Origin: Nitrospinaceae bacterium
GTDB taxonomy: Bacteria; Nitrospinota; Nitrospinia; Nitrospinales; Nitrospinaceae
DNA length: 64,000 nucleotides
Direction: 5' to 3'
Assembly: GCA_965223665.1 (NCBI GenBank)
Contig: OZ245011.1
Span: 2,336,001-2,400,000, forward strand
The notes beneath the pieces are model-generated. The model had not been told where the DNA came from and ran no database searches. It was given only the letters and a program-made list of their open reading frames with translations. The translations under genes were made by a program, and so were the position numbers. Positions 28,800 to 38,730 of this stretch are shown piece after piece. Numbering within the stretch: the stretch's first letter is position 1; every line of letters begins with the position of its first letter.

Positions 28800-29864
28800 T
28801 TACGGCGTGGGAACCGATTTGGGGGGTTCTAATTGTTCTTCTTTTGGATGATCTACCATATCGATGGTCCAAAGGTCACAGGATCCGCAAGTTTCGCGAT
28901 AATTTTCACGAAAATAACTATAATGCCCGTTCAGCCAAATTGCCTGCAGATTTGATTCCTTAACATTACCCATTCGGACCTTTGGCAATAAACAGCAGGG
29001 AGTAACATCTCCTTGTCGATTAACGTATGTGTAATCAAAGGTCTTTAAGCAATACTTCCCCCCTTGGTGCAGTTTGTTTTTTAATAATTTGTAGAAAAAT
29101 CGCTGAACTCCACTGGAAACTGCAAATTGCAACCAGTCTAATTGAACTCCTGCTTTTCGAGCAATTCGATTGGCCGCTTTAAAAATTTGCTTTTCCTCGG
29201 TAGCACTGGGTCGTTTAAGATAAGAATCGTATTTTCGATCAATCCTTCCTACATTGACTGAATCAATTTTTAATTTACCTCCATATCGGATAACCTCATA
29301 GAGCTCTTCTTCTTCGTCTTTATGTAATGTAGCTTGAAGACGGAGATAAGGCTTTCCTTTTTCACGCAGTGAAGCAACTTTTTCAATACTCTCTAACGTT
29401 TTGGGATTTGTATGACCCTTTAACAGGTTAGATTCAACGCTATCCAATGAGAAAGTTAACGAATCTAAACCCGACTCAATTATTCTTTCAGGAATATCTG
29501 ACCTAGGAAAAATTCCATTAGAAGTAATACATACTTTATGACCCCTCTCCTTACAATAACCGATCATTTCAAAAATCTTTGGGTGTAAAAAGGGTTCACC
29601 CCAACCGGTTAGCGTTATTTCCACATCAGGTTTCAATTGATCGATTGTGGTTTGAAAAATATTCCAATCCATATGCTCTAATTCAATGTCCATTACTTCT
29701 CGAGGGCACATATGACAATCTAAATTACATTTATTGGTCACCTCTAATTGCACTTTTTTAGGACGGAAAGGAATTTGATACTTGAGACGATCCAATGTTT
29801 CCGATATTAAATTGAGCCAACTCAACGGGAATACTCTCCAAAATTCATGAGGTTTTGGGATCAC
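28800..29864 (-). CDS. Radical SAM / SPASM-domain protein
   Basis: CNLDCHMC, TGWGEPFLHP; C-terminal C...GDVTPCC...CGSC. Confidence 0.92.
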   Translation of the reverse strand: MIPKPHEFWRVFPLSWLNLISETLDRLKYQIPFRPKKVQLEVTNKCNLDCHMCPREVMDIELEHMDWNIFQTTIDQLKPDVEITLTGWGEPFLHPKIFEMIGYCKERGHKVCITSNGIFPRSDIPERIIESGLDSLTFSLDSVESNLLKGHTNPKTLESIEKVASLREKGKPYLRLQATLHKDEEEELYEVIRYGGKLKIDSVNVGRIDRKYDSYLKRPSATEEKQIFKAANRIARKAGVQLDWLQFAVSSGVQRFFYKLLKNKLHQGGKYCLKTFDYTYVNRQGDVTPCCLLPKVRMGNVKESNLQAIWLNGHYSYFRENYRETCGSCDLWTIDMVDHPKEEQLEPPKSVPTP

Positions 29865-30006
29865 TTTTAGTTTAAGGGTGTCCCAAGAAATGATAAAATT
29901 TAATTCAATCCATTCGCCGGAAATGATATGGTAACTGGTTTACTTATAATTCGGCAAAATTAGCTAAAAACTCAAATAAGAAACTATTTCCCCTGGAGAA
30001 ATCAAT

Positions 30007-31314
30007 ATGGGAATGACAATTACAGAAAAAATTTTGGCGGCCCATTCTGGAAAAACCTCGGTAAAACCTGGAGATAATGTATGGGTCGATGTAGATGTTC
30101 TAATGACCCACGATGTTTGTGGCCCAGGAACTATTGCCATATTCAAAAAACAATTTGGGCAAAATGCCAGGGTTTGGGATAAGGAAAAAGTGGTAATTAT
30201 TCCAGATCATTATGTTTTTACAAAAGATCCACATGCAAATCGAAATATAGATGTCATTCGAGAATTCGCTAAGGAGCAGGAATTACCTTACTTTTACGAT
30301 GTTGGGACGGATAATTATAAAGGGGTTTGCCATTTGGCTTTAGCTCAGGAAGGACATAATCGACCCGGAGAGGTGCTTTTCGGTACAGATTCTCATTCCA
30401 CAACCTCTGGAGCATTTGGAATGTTTTCAGCTGGAATTGGAAATACCGATGCCGCATTCATTTTAGGAACCGGGAAGCTCTGGGTCAAGGTTCCGGAAAC
30501 CATGCGCTTCGAATTTAATGGGACGTTCCCTCCATATATTATGGCAAAGGATATTTTATTACAGGTAATTGGCGACATCAGTTGTGATGGGGCCACCTAT
30601 AGGACTATGGAATGGGCAGGAGATGCGGTTTATAAATTCTCTATGGAAGAAAGAATGACCCTATGCAACATGGCAATCGAAGCGGGCGGGAAAAATGCTG
30701 TAATTGAGGCAGATGAAACCACCTTTGAGTATTTAAAGCCGCGTAACCAGAAACCCTTTACAGTAGAACATTCAGACCTGGATGCGAATTACTTTTATAA
30801 AAAATCTTATGTTGCCGATGACCTTGAGCCAGTAGTGGCAAAACCCCATTCTCCAGATAATCGAGCTTTAGCGAGGGAATGTTCTGAAGTTAAATTGGAT
30901 CGATCATATATTGGATCGTGCACTGGAGGAAAAATTACAGACTTTATTGCTGCAGCAGAAATCTTAAAAGGGGAAAAAGTAAAAATTGAAACATTCATAG
31001 TTCCTGCCACCCGTGAAGTAGAAAAAGACTTGGAAACGGAAACTATTGACGGAAAATCTTTGATACAAATTTTCACCGAAGCTGGTGCTCATATAGGTGA
31101 ACCCAGTTGTGCGGCCTGTTTGGGTGGCCCAAAGGACACGTTTGGGAGGACTCAGGGAACAGAAGTTGTAGTGTCTACTACAAACCGTAATTTTCCTGGT
31201 AGAATGGGATCAAAACAATCCTCAGTCTATTTAGCATCACCTTATACTGCCGCTGCTTCAGCATTAACTGGATACATTACTGACCCCAGGGAATTTATTG
31301 GAGCCACTGTTTAA
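30007..31314 (+). CDS. leuC: 3-isopropylmalate dehydratase large subunit (HacA/plant-like type)
   Basis: MTITEKILA, DSHSTT.GAFG, YIGSCTGG, CAACLG, STTNRNFPGRMG. Confidence 0.92.
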   Translation: MGMTITEKILAAHSGKTSVKPGDNVWVDVDVLMTHDVCGPGTIAIFKKQFGQNARVWDKEKVVIIPDHYVFTKDPHANRNIDVIREFAKEQELPYFYDVGTDNYKGVCHLALAQEGHNRPGEVLFGTDSHSTTSGAFGMFSAGIGNTDAAFILGTGKLWVKVPETMRFEFNGTFPPYIMAKDILLQVIGDISCDGATYRTMEWAGDAVYKFSMEERMTLCNMAIEAGGKNAVIEADETTFEYLKPRNQKPFTVEHSDLDANYFYKKSYVADDLEPVVAKPHSPDNRALARECSEVKLDRSYIGSCTGGKITDFIAAAEILKGEKVKIETFIVPATREVEKDLETETIDGKSLIQIFTEAGAHIGEPSCAACLGGPKDTFGRTQGTEVVVSTTNRNFPGRMGSKQSSVYLASPYTAAASALTGYITDPREFIGATV

Positions 31315-31360
31315 CATAATTAAGAGCATTATCCGTCACAAAAAAGGAGAACTTGCTTTA

Positions 31361-31927
31361 ATGGAAAAAGTCATAGAAGGCAGAGCCTACGTGCTAGGTA
31401 ACGATATAGATACAGACCAAATTATTCCAGCTGAACATTTAGTTTATAGCTTGAGTGATCCTGAAGAAAAAAAGAATTATGGGAAATATTCCCTTTCAGG
31501 AGTTCCAATTGAAAATGCAGGTTTGCCTGAAGGCAATATTAAATTCGTTGAAGAAGGAAAATTTCAATCTCAGTTTTCTATTGTTATCGGTGGATCCAAT
31601 TTTGGTTGCGGCTCATCTCGAGAACATGCTCCAGCCTGTATGGAAATTGCTGGAGTCAAGGCGGTAATCGCAGAATCCTATGCAAGAATATTTTATAGAA
31701 ACTCTATTGATGGAGGTTTCTTTATTCCCTTAGAGACCAAGGAATCTTTGATTGAGTCCATTAAAACTGGAGACTCTTTATCCATTGATTTGAAATCATA
31801 TACCTTAAAAAATATTACCCAAAACAAAACCTTTCAGTTAAATCCATTAGGGGATGTAATTGATATCATCGAAGCAGGGAACATTTTTGAATATGCGAGA
31901 AAGGCAGGTTTAATAAAAGGAAATTAA
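31361..31927 (+). CDS. leuD: 3-isopropylmalate dehydratase small subunit
   Basis: DIDTDQIIPA, NFGCGSSREHA, ESYARIFYRN. Start moved to the ATG at 31361 after AAGGAG. Confidence 0.92.
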   Translation: MEKVIEGRAYVLGNDIDTDQIIPAEHLVYSLSDPEEKKNYGKYSLSGVPIENAGLPEGNIKFVEEGKFQSQFSIVIGGSNFGCGSSREHAPACMEIAGVKAVIAESYARIFYRNSIDGGFFIPLETKESLIESIKTGDSLSIDLKSYTLKNITQNKTFQLNPLGDVIDIIEAGNIFEYARKAGLIKGN

Positions 31928-31943
31928 TAAATATTAAACCTCT

Positions 31944-32780
31944 TTGATATTAATGATGAATTTCGACAAAGCTAAAAATACTTATGTATCTCCTTTCTTT
32001 CTAATTCTTGGCGGGATATTAATAGTTTTCACAACTATAAATTCATCTTCAGCCTCATCCGCAGTTCCACCCACTGAAACCGAAATGGTAGCTATCCCTG
32101 AAGGCGAGTTTATAATGGGTAGTTCAAGACAGGATATTGAATGGGCCGCGCAAAAATTTTTTTCAGAATCGTTAGATTACTACCAAGATGAAACTCCCGC
32201 TCATAAAAGATCTTTGCCAAAATTTGAAATTGATAAAACTGAGGTCACCTTTGCACAATATTCCAGTTATTTAGAAAAAACTGGAAAACAAAAACCCAAG
32301 TTGCTAGATGACAAACGATTTAATCAAAACTCTCAACCTATGGTGGGCATCACCTGGCAAGAAGCAAATGATTATTGCCACTATTTTGGCAAACAACTTC
32401 CAACAGAAGCACAATGGGAAAAGGCCGCTCGAGGACCTAAAATAAGCTATTACCCCTGGGGAAACGAACCCTTAAAGACTCATGCAAATGTAAGAGGCAA
32501 AAAAGATGGATTCCGCTATACCGCCCCGGTAGGAAGCTACAAAAATGGTGCCAGTGTATATGGAGTTTTGGATCTTGCAGGGAATGCTTGGGAATGGACA
32601 GCTGACTGGTATCAGCCTCACCCGGGAAATACAGTTAAAAACGACCTGTATGGAGAAAAATTTAAAGTTATTAAAGGAGGGTCCTGGTTCTCTAATCTGG
32701 ATTTAGCACGAATAAGTGTTCGTGGAAAAAATTTGCCGGACCGTCGTCAAAATTACATTGGATTTCGATGCGTAAAATGA
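31944..32780 (+). CDS. FGE-sulfatase domain (formylglycine-generating enzyme family) protein, exported
   Basis: IPEGEFIMGS, LPTEAQWEKAARG, DLAGNAWEW, KGGSW, GFRC. Confidence 0.9.
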   Translation: MILMMNFDKAKNTYVSPFFLILGGILIVFTTINSSSASSAVPPTETEMVAIPEGEFIMGSSRQDIEWAAQKFFSESLDYYQDETPAHKRSLPKFEIDKTEVTFAQYSSYLEKTGKQKPKLLDDKRFNQNSQPMVGITWQEANDYCHYFGKQLPTEAQWEKAARGPKISYYPWGNEPLKTHANVRGKKDGFRYTAPVGSYKNGASVYGVLDLAGNAWEWTADWYQPHPGNTVKNDLYGEKFKVIKGGSWFSNLDLARISVRGKNLPDRRQNYIGFRCVK

Positions 32781-32820
32781 ATACCTGAAATGAACGTAAC
32801 CTAATATATTGAGAGGTCAA

Positions 32821-33633
32821 ATGATTAATTTTATCCGAAACGGAGTTTTTTTTATTCTTTGCTGTGCCCTAATTAGTTCCGCAAATGCACAACCCCCTGG
32901 AAAACACTCCCCGGAAGCTTATAAAAAAATGAAACAACATGGGGGAAAACACAGCGGAGGTGGACACCACCACGGTTATGGGAGAAGAAAAGGCCCCCCA
33001 AAAGACATCCCTGCACATATTGAGTCTCGCACTGATGAAAGTGCATTGGGAGTTAACTTAAACAATTCACAAGTGGGCCTAAAAGGTATTCTTTATTTAG
33101 CCAATTCAGATCGACATAAAAATGTAAAAACCCTGGCTCTTAAAACCAATAAAATTGGAGACGAAGGACTAAAAATTTTATGCGAATCTGAAACTTTCCA
33201 AAATATTGAGAAATTGTCTTTGTGGGATAATCAAATCACCTCTGCAGGCGCAGATATGATTGTTAATTCTTCTTTTGCAAAAAATTTAAAAGAATTAAAT
33301 ATAATGAAAAATCAATTAGGGGACCAAGGCACAAAAGTTTTGACAGTCGCTTCAAAATTAGACCAGTTAACTTTATTGGACTTAAGCGCAAACCAGATAA
33401 CCGATTCAGGTGCTCTGGCCATTGCTAATTCACCCAACCTTTTAAATCTTAAGCGACTCGAGTTATTTCGAAACCAAATAGGAGAAAAGGGAATCCAAGC
33501 CATTTTACAATCCAAAAATTTACCGAATTTAGAATATATTGACTTAACTTCTAATGCGATTGATGCGGATACCGCCAACGCATTGGAAAAAGCAGCCACA
33601 CTGCCAAAACTAAAAACACTTTTACTTTATTAA
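32821..33633 (+). CDS. Exported leucine-rich-repeat protein
   Basis: Signal peptide, His/Gly/Lys-rich segment, then L..L.L..N.I...G repeats of about 28 aa. Confidence 0.85.
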   Translation: MINFIRNGVFFILCCALISSANAQPPGKHSPEAYKKMKQHGGKHSGGGHHHGYGRRKGPPKDIPAHIESRTDESALGVNLNNSQVGLKGILYLANSDRHKNVKTLALKTNKIGDEGLKILCESETFQNIEKLSLWDNQITSAGADMIVNSSFAKNLKELNIMKNQLGDQGTKVLTVASKLDQLTLLDLSANQITDSGALAIANSPNLLNLKRLELFRNQIGEKGIQAILQSKNLPNLEYIDLTSNAIDADTANALEKAATLPKLKTLLLY

Positions 33634-33664
33634 AAAGGAAAGTAAAGAAAACGCCTTACGTGAA

Positions 33665-34360
33665 TCAAAAACGAAGATGAATCCCTAATGTAAATACTGG
33701 AAAAAATTTGAAGTCTTTAAGGTCTTGCTCAATTTGGGCTCGTTCAGCATTTAAATCGGCCGGTAAAACGACTCCCGCGCTGTCTGTTACAGTAACATCT
33801 GGATTACCTTGATAGAATGCTCCAATATCTAAAGAAAAACCAAGTGCCACTGGTAGATCGAAAGTATTGTCATCGGCGGCATTTCCCCAGCCGATTCCAA
33901 AATACGGAGCAAAATCACTAGACCAATCAACATTTGCGTTTAATGTAGTAGTCCCACCCAGAGGGGTGTTTCCTACTACAGTTCCAGCCCCGACAATTGA
34001 ACTTAAATCAAAACTATTATCGTTATAATAAACTCCCCCCGTAAACCGAAAGTTCCCGTGAAAGGGATGAAAATCAATAAAGATTGGAGCATTTTTTAGA
34101 CTCACGTCTCCTTTATAACGAATCCCACCTTGTTTCATAGATGCTCTAAATTCTAACCAATTATAACCAGACCGGATATTTACCAAATTACTTATAATGG
34201 GAAAAGTTATATCTCCTCCAATGCCAGTAGTTCCTCCTTTAGCAGTTACCCCAATATCCAATAAGGCATTGGCTTGAGAAGGAATCCAAAGACACAAAAA
34301 TCCCAATGCAATTGCCCAAGATTTTACTTTTAAAAAGAAATGACGGTTCGTCCTAATCAT
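33665..34360 (-). CDS. Outer-membrane beta-barrel protein
   Basis: Signal peptide, GTTGIG, PYFGIGWG, alternating C-terminal strand ending in Phe. Confidence 0.8.
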   Translation of the reverse strand: MIRTNRHFFLKVKSWAIALGFLCLWIPSQANALLDIGVTAKGGTTGIGGDITFPIISNLVNIRSGYNWLEFRASMKQGGIRYKGDVSLKNAPIFIDFHPFHGNFRFTGGVYYNDNSFDLSSIVGAGTVVGNTPLGGTTTLNANVDWSSDFAPYFGIGWGNAADDNTFDLPVALGFSLDIGAFYQGNPDVTVTDSAGVVLPADLNAERAQIEQDLKDFKFFPVFTLGIHLRF

Positions 34361-34676
34361 TTATCGAATTCCACCAAGAAAGACAAATATAGTCGCCAAT
34401 TAACCTAATCGAATACCGTTAAAAGTTTATCCGAAGGAACCTTAAATTTCAATGAAAATTATTGTAATTTTAAATGCTCATCGATAGTTCTTTTTCAGCA
34501 AGAAATCCAATTCCATTATGTTTCTAACCTCAACCTTAGGTATTCGGAATTTAATTTAGCAGGCTTCAAATTATCCCTTCCATTTCCAATTTAAAATTAA
34601 TTCATTTAAAAATAATATGTTATGTGACATATTTTTCAATCCAACCAAATATTATCTCGAAAATTAAAAATTTTTA

Positions 34677-34705
34677 TTGCAATATCACCCATATATTGGT
34701 ATACA
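34677..34705 (+). promoter_or_regulatory. Putative sigma70 promoter of the cas operon
   Basis: TTGCAA-N17-TATACA with an extended TG; AATATGT-N6-ACATATT inverted repeat at 34614-34633 upstream. Confidence 0.45.
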
Positions 34706-34785
34706 GAATCGTTATTCCTAAGGTTGATACACTCAATAATTAAACTTAAATTTCAGTTACTCTGTCAATATTCATCACCAAAAAT

Positions 34786-36366
34786 ATGTTCAATTTAGTT
34801 GAGAATTGCTGGATACCAGTAAAAATGAAGGACGGATCAAATGAACTTATAAGACCATTTGATGTTACAAAAAATCTATCATCGAATCCCATAGTATCGT
34901 TATATGCCTGTCGTCCCGATTTTAATGGCGGGCTAATTCAGTTTCTAGTTGGGTTGGTACAAACTTCAATGACACCTAAAAACTCAGAGGAATGGAACAA
35001 TTATTTCCATAACCCACCCTCTACTTCTTTATTAAAGTTCAATTTCTCAAAATTAAAATACGCTTTTAATTTGGATGGGGAATTTCCCCGATTTATGCAG
35101 GAGGGAAACTTAGAAAACAACTCCAGAAAAACTATCAATTTTTTATTAATTGATTCTCCCGGAGAAAACACGATAAACAAAAACACAGATCTTTTTGTAA
35201 AGCGCAATCAATATTTAATGCAGTGCTATCCTTGTACAGCAACAGCATTATTTTGCTTAAATACATTTGCCCCTTCAGGTGGTTCAGGACATAGAACATC
35301 CATTCGGGGAGGAGGGCCGCTAACAACTGTAATTTTTGATCCAGAAAGCCTATGGAAAACAATTTGGTTAAACATTATTCCAGAAGATAAATGGCCAAAA
35401 ACTAATTGGAAATTAGATTCCCATTTAGATGCCCATATTTTCCCTTGGTTAAAATTTAAAAAAACCTTATTACAACCGGAAGAGATTCACCCCTTGCAAA
35501 TGTATTGGGGTCTTCCAAGAAGAATTCTATTAGATTTTCAGCTTGAATCCTATGGAACATGCCAACTGTGTGGCACTCAAAATCAAAAATTGGTCAAACA
35601 TTTTTTTACTGCAAAACATGGTTACCATTATAAAAACTTTCCTTTGCCTCATGTACTTAGTCCCTATATTAAAAAATCAAATAAAGAAATTTTTCCAAAG
35701 AAAAGCCCCGTTAATGATAATTCTTACAGACAATGGTTAGGACTAATTTTTAAAGACACAAAGTTAAATGTTAATCCCGCTTTTGCTGTCACAACATTTC
35801 TTCATGAAAAACCTCGATTTCCTTCTATCCGGCTTTGGTCTTTCGGATTTGTAATGAATAATATGAAACCGCTTAATTGGAAGGATTGGGAAATTCCATT
35901 ACTAATTCCATCAAAGGAATACATAGCAACATTCAAAAGTTTCATTAGTCAACTAATTCTAGCAGCTGACCATATCGCTACAATTATTTTTTCAAAATTA
36001 AACCATTCCTGGAAGTTAGACTCTAGCCAACCTAATCAGGAAATTGATAACCAAATCAAATATTTCTGGTATTCAACTGAATTCTACTTTTATAAGTTAT
36101 TGAACAAAGCCCTAATCCTGCTCCCCGATGATTCCAATCTAAATTTCTTAAAATTAGATTGGTTAAAAGCTATAAATCAAACTACAGAAAAATTATTCCA
36201 AATTCATTTTTCCAAAAGCCTTTTTAGAAAAAAAGATTTACGCAAAGAGTCTATCATTTGGAAAAACTTGATGTGGTATGCATCCGAGAAAAATCCAAAA
36301 CTAAGAAAGATTCTTTTATTACCGGATAATATTGAAAAAAATTATACCTTAAATTTTTTACGATGA
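34786..36366 (+). CDS. cas8e: Type I-E Cascade large subunit Cas8e (Cse1/CasA)
   Basis: MFNLVENCWIPV, RPDFNGGLIQFLVGLVQT, CYPC...APSGGSGHRTSIRGGGPLTT, YWGLPRRILL, CQLCG. Confidence 0.93.
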   Translation: MFNLVENCWIPVKMKDGSNELIRPFDVTKNLSSNPIVSLYACRPDFNGGLIQFLVGLVQTSMTPKNSEEWNNYFHNPPSTSLLKFNFSKLKYAFNLDGEFPRFMQEGNLENNSRKTINFLLIDSPGENTINKNTDLFVKRNQYLMQCYPCTATALFCLNTFAPSGGSGHRTSIRGGGPLTTVIFDPESLWKTIWLNIIPEDKWPKTNWKLDSHLDAHIFPWLKFKKTLLQPEEIHPLQMYWGLPRRILLDFQLESYGTCQLCGTQNQKLVKHFFTAKHGYHYKNFPLPHVLSPYIKKSNKEIFPKKSPVNDNSYRQWLGLIFKDTKLNVNPAFAVTTFLHEKPRFPSIRLWSFGFVMNNMKPLNWKDWEIPLLIPSKEYIATFKSFISQLILAADHIATIIFSKLNHSWKLDSSQPNQEIDNQIKYFWYSTEFYFYKLLNKALILLPDDSNLNFLKLDWLKAINQTTEKLFQIHFSKSLFRKKDLRKESIIWKNLMWYASEKNPKLRKILLLPDNIEKNYTLNFLR

Positions 36367-36878
36367 ATTCATCAATTCTAATTTTTAAAAAAAATAATAC
36401 TGAGGGACAAATTTTATTTACATGGTGGAATTTACTGCAAAACAATCATTTACAACTAACAGAGTTAATTCACTGCAAAACTTTAAATCAAGTTTTTTTG
36501 TGTCAAGGATTCTGGACTCTATATAAACAAGTGTATAAGAAGGAACCTAATATTTGCGAGGAAAGGCTTGCATTAATTGCTGGATTATTGCCCAAAATAA
36601 CAAATCATATAACAGGGATATCCATCCCTCAACGAATGGCTGCAGTTGTTCCTGGGCGTTGGAATTATCCATTAGTTAGTTATTCCAGGTTTATGCGTTT
36701 ATTAATGATAAATTCGAAGGAAGACTTATATAAATCTTTTTCAGAAAACTTAAGACTAATCCGTTATTCAGCAGACATTTTATCATTATCCAATGATCTT
36801 TATAATTGGGGAGAATCCGTTAAAAAGTTATACGCCATGGAATACTTTTTTAAGTCTCCCGAGACATATATTGAATAA
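36363..36878 (+). CDS. cse2: Type I-E small subunit Cas11 (Cse2/CasB)
   Basis: WW..L.....L..C, RLALIAGLL, VS..RF.RL, L..W......A.EY; ATGA overlap with cas8e. Confidence 0.85.
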   Translation: MNSSILIFKKNNTEGQILFTWWNLLQNNHLQLTELIHCKTLNQVFLCQGFWTLYKQVYKKEPNICEERLALIAGLLPKITNHITGISIPQRMAAVVPGRWNYPLVSYSRFMRLLMINSKEDLYKSFSENLRLIRYSADILSLSNDLYNWGESVKKLYAMEYFFKSPETYIE

Positions 36879-36897
36879 GGATTAAACCAAAAATAAA

Positions 36898-37962
36898 ATG
36901 ACCCGTTTCCTGCAAATACATTTATTAACAGCTTACCCCCCTTCGAACCTGAATCGTGATGATCTAGGAAGACCCAAAACAGCGATTGTTGGAGGAACAA
37001 ATCGTCTTCGTATTTCTTCACAAAGTTTAAAAAGGGCATGGCGAACTTCAAATTTTTTCAAAGAATCCTTGTCAAAACATATAGGAATTCGGACTCGTTC
37101 AATGGGAAAAATAATTTTTCAAAAATTTTTAGATAGAGGTGTTTCAGCCACTCAAGCAAAAAAATGGACGGTTCAAATTTTGGGTACTTTTGGAAAAGTC
37201 AAAAAGGGGAAAGAAAATAGGTTTAATGAAGAACTGGAGATGGAACAATTGGTTCATTTTAGCCACGAAGAAGAAAAATCTATTAATACATTAATAAAAA
37301 CTTTAACGGAACAAAATAGAAGTCCAAACAAAGAAGAATTATTTTTATTAAGGAAAGAGAATAGTTCCATAGACATTGCTTTATTTGGAAGGATGCTTGC
37401 TGAAAACCCTTATTACAATTTCGAAGCAGCTGCACAGGTTGCACATGCATTCACCATTCAAAAAATTGCTCTTGAAGATGACTTTTTTACCGCTGTGGAT
37501 GATCTAAATATAGGTTCATCTTCCGCCGGCCATATCGGAAACAAAGAGTTTAGTTCGGGAATATTTTATTTATATATTTGCATCGATAAAGAACTGTTAC
37601 TCAAAAATTTAAATAACAATACAAAACTAGCTGTACAAGCTACGAATGCGTTAACTATGTCCGCTTCAAAAGTTTGTCCTGGGGGTCATCAAAATAGTTT
37701 TGGCCATTACGGATATGCCATGTTCTTGATGTCAGAAATTGGTAATTACCAGCCCCGTTCATTGGCCGCTGCATTTTTCGATCCAATCAAAGAAAATTAC
37801 CATCACCCTATGATTCAACAGGGAATTGATAAATTGTTCGATGTTCGTGAAAAAATAGACAACATATATGAGAAATGCGCCGAAGATTTTTATTTTTTTG
37901 ATGTGATGGCCAACAAAGGTAGTTTAAAAGAAACTTTAAACTTTCAGGAACAAACATTTTGA
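36898..37962 (+). CDS. cas7: Type I-E backbone Cas7 (Cse4/CasC)
   Basis: FLQIHLLTAYPPSNLNRDDLGRPKTA, RISSQSLKRAWR, DIALFGRMLA, DDFFTAVDDL. Confidence 0.97.
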   Translation: MTRFLQIHLLTAYPPSNLNRDDLGRPKTAIVGGTNRLRISSQSLKRAWRTSNFFKESLSKHIGIRTRSMGKIIFQKFLDRGVSATQAKKWTVQILGTFGKVKKGKENRFNEELEMEQLVHFSHEEEKSINTLIKTLTEQNRSPNKEELFLLRKENSSIDIALFGRMLAENPYYNFEAAAQVAHAFTIQKIALEDDFFTAVDDLNIGSSSAGHIGNKEFSSGIFYLYICIDKELLLKNLNNNTKLAVQATNALTMSASKVCPGGHQNSFGHYGYAMFLMSEIGNYQPRSLAAAFFDPIKENYHHPMIQQGIDKLFDVREKIDNIYEKCAEDFYFFDVMANKGSLKETLNFQEQTF

Positions 37963-38723
37963 ATCATTTAATTTTTACCTTATATAGCCCTTTGCAATCT
38001 TGGGGAACTATTGCGATTGGAGAAAGGAGGGAGACCTTTACTCATCCTTCAAAATCTTCAATCTTAGGTTTGGTTGGAGCATCGTTAGGGATACCCCGAA
38101 ACACATCCAAACCACATGTCATAGACCAACAACATCTTGAATTACAAAATTCCCTTGGATTCGCAGTTGCCATTCAGCAACCGGGCGTCTTGATCAGTGA
38201 TTTTCATACTACTCAAGTCTCAAAAAAAAATAGAACTCCTCTTATTTCTACCCGTATGGATGAAATAGAATTTTCAGCTTCAAATAAACCAAACATTTCT
38301 AATATTATTTCTTATAGAGATTATCTTTGTGATGCCATTTTTATTATTTGCTTATGGTGCAAAGACTCCAAATCACCTATTTCATTAGAAAAGATTTCTC
38401 GAACATTAAAACAACCTCAGGGAAATCTTTATTTGGGGAGAAAATCCTGTCCACCGGCCCTACCCCTCAACCCTCAAATAATAGAGGCCAAAAGCTTATA
38501 TGATGCATTCTTTTATTTTAAAAAAAGGAATCCGAATGAAATTATTTTTTCCAATAAAATCCTTTCCAATATTAAGGTATATTGGGACCATTATCCCAAC
38601 CACGGCATAGAAAATATTCGAGAAAAAAATACTCGCAGGGATCTTATCCTAAGTCGCTGTCGTTGGCAGTTTCAAAATCGGACTGAGTTTGGGGGAATCC
38701 TCTCGTGGAAGTCAAATTCTTAA
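37959..38723 (+). CDS. cas5: Type I-E Cas5 (CasD)
   Basis: PLQSWG, PSKSSILGLVGASLGI.R, DFHT, R.YL.DA, LYLGRKSCP; TTG start overlaps the cas7 stop; no HNH extension. Confidence 0.95.
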   Translation: MNHLIFTLYSPLQSWGTIAIGERRETFTHPSKSSILGLVGASLGIPRNTSKPHVIDQQHLELQNSLGFAVAIQQPGVLISDFHTTQVSKKNRTPLISTRMDEIEFSASNKPNISNIISYRDYLCDAIFIICLWCKDSKSPISLEKISRTLKQPQGNLYLGRKSCPPALPLNPQIIEAKSLYDAFFYFKKRNPNEIIFSNKILSNIKVYWDHYPNHGIENIREKNTRRDLILSRCRWQFQNRTEFGGILSWKSNS

Positions 38724-38730
38724 GCGTCCT

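Noticed and set aside
37959-38723. HNH-Cascade (Cas5-HNH or Cas8-HNH) explaining the lack of Cas3
   Set aside because: Cas5 (254 aa) and Cas8e (526 aa) are of ordinary length with no HNH motif or C-terminal extension.
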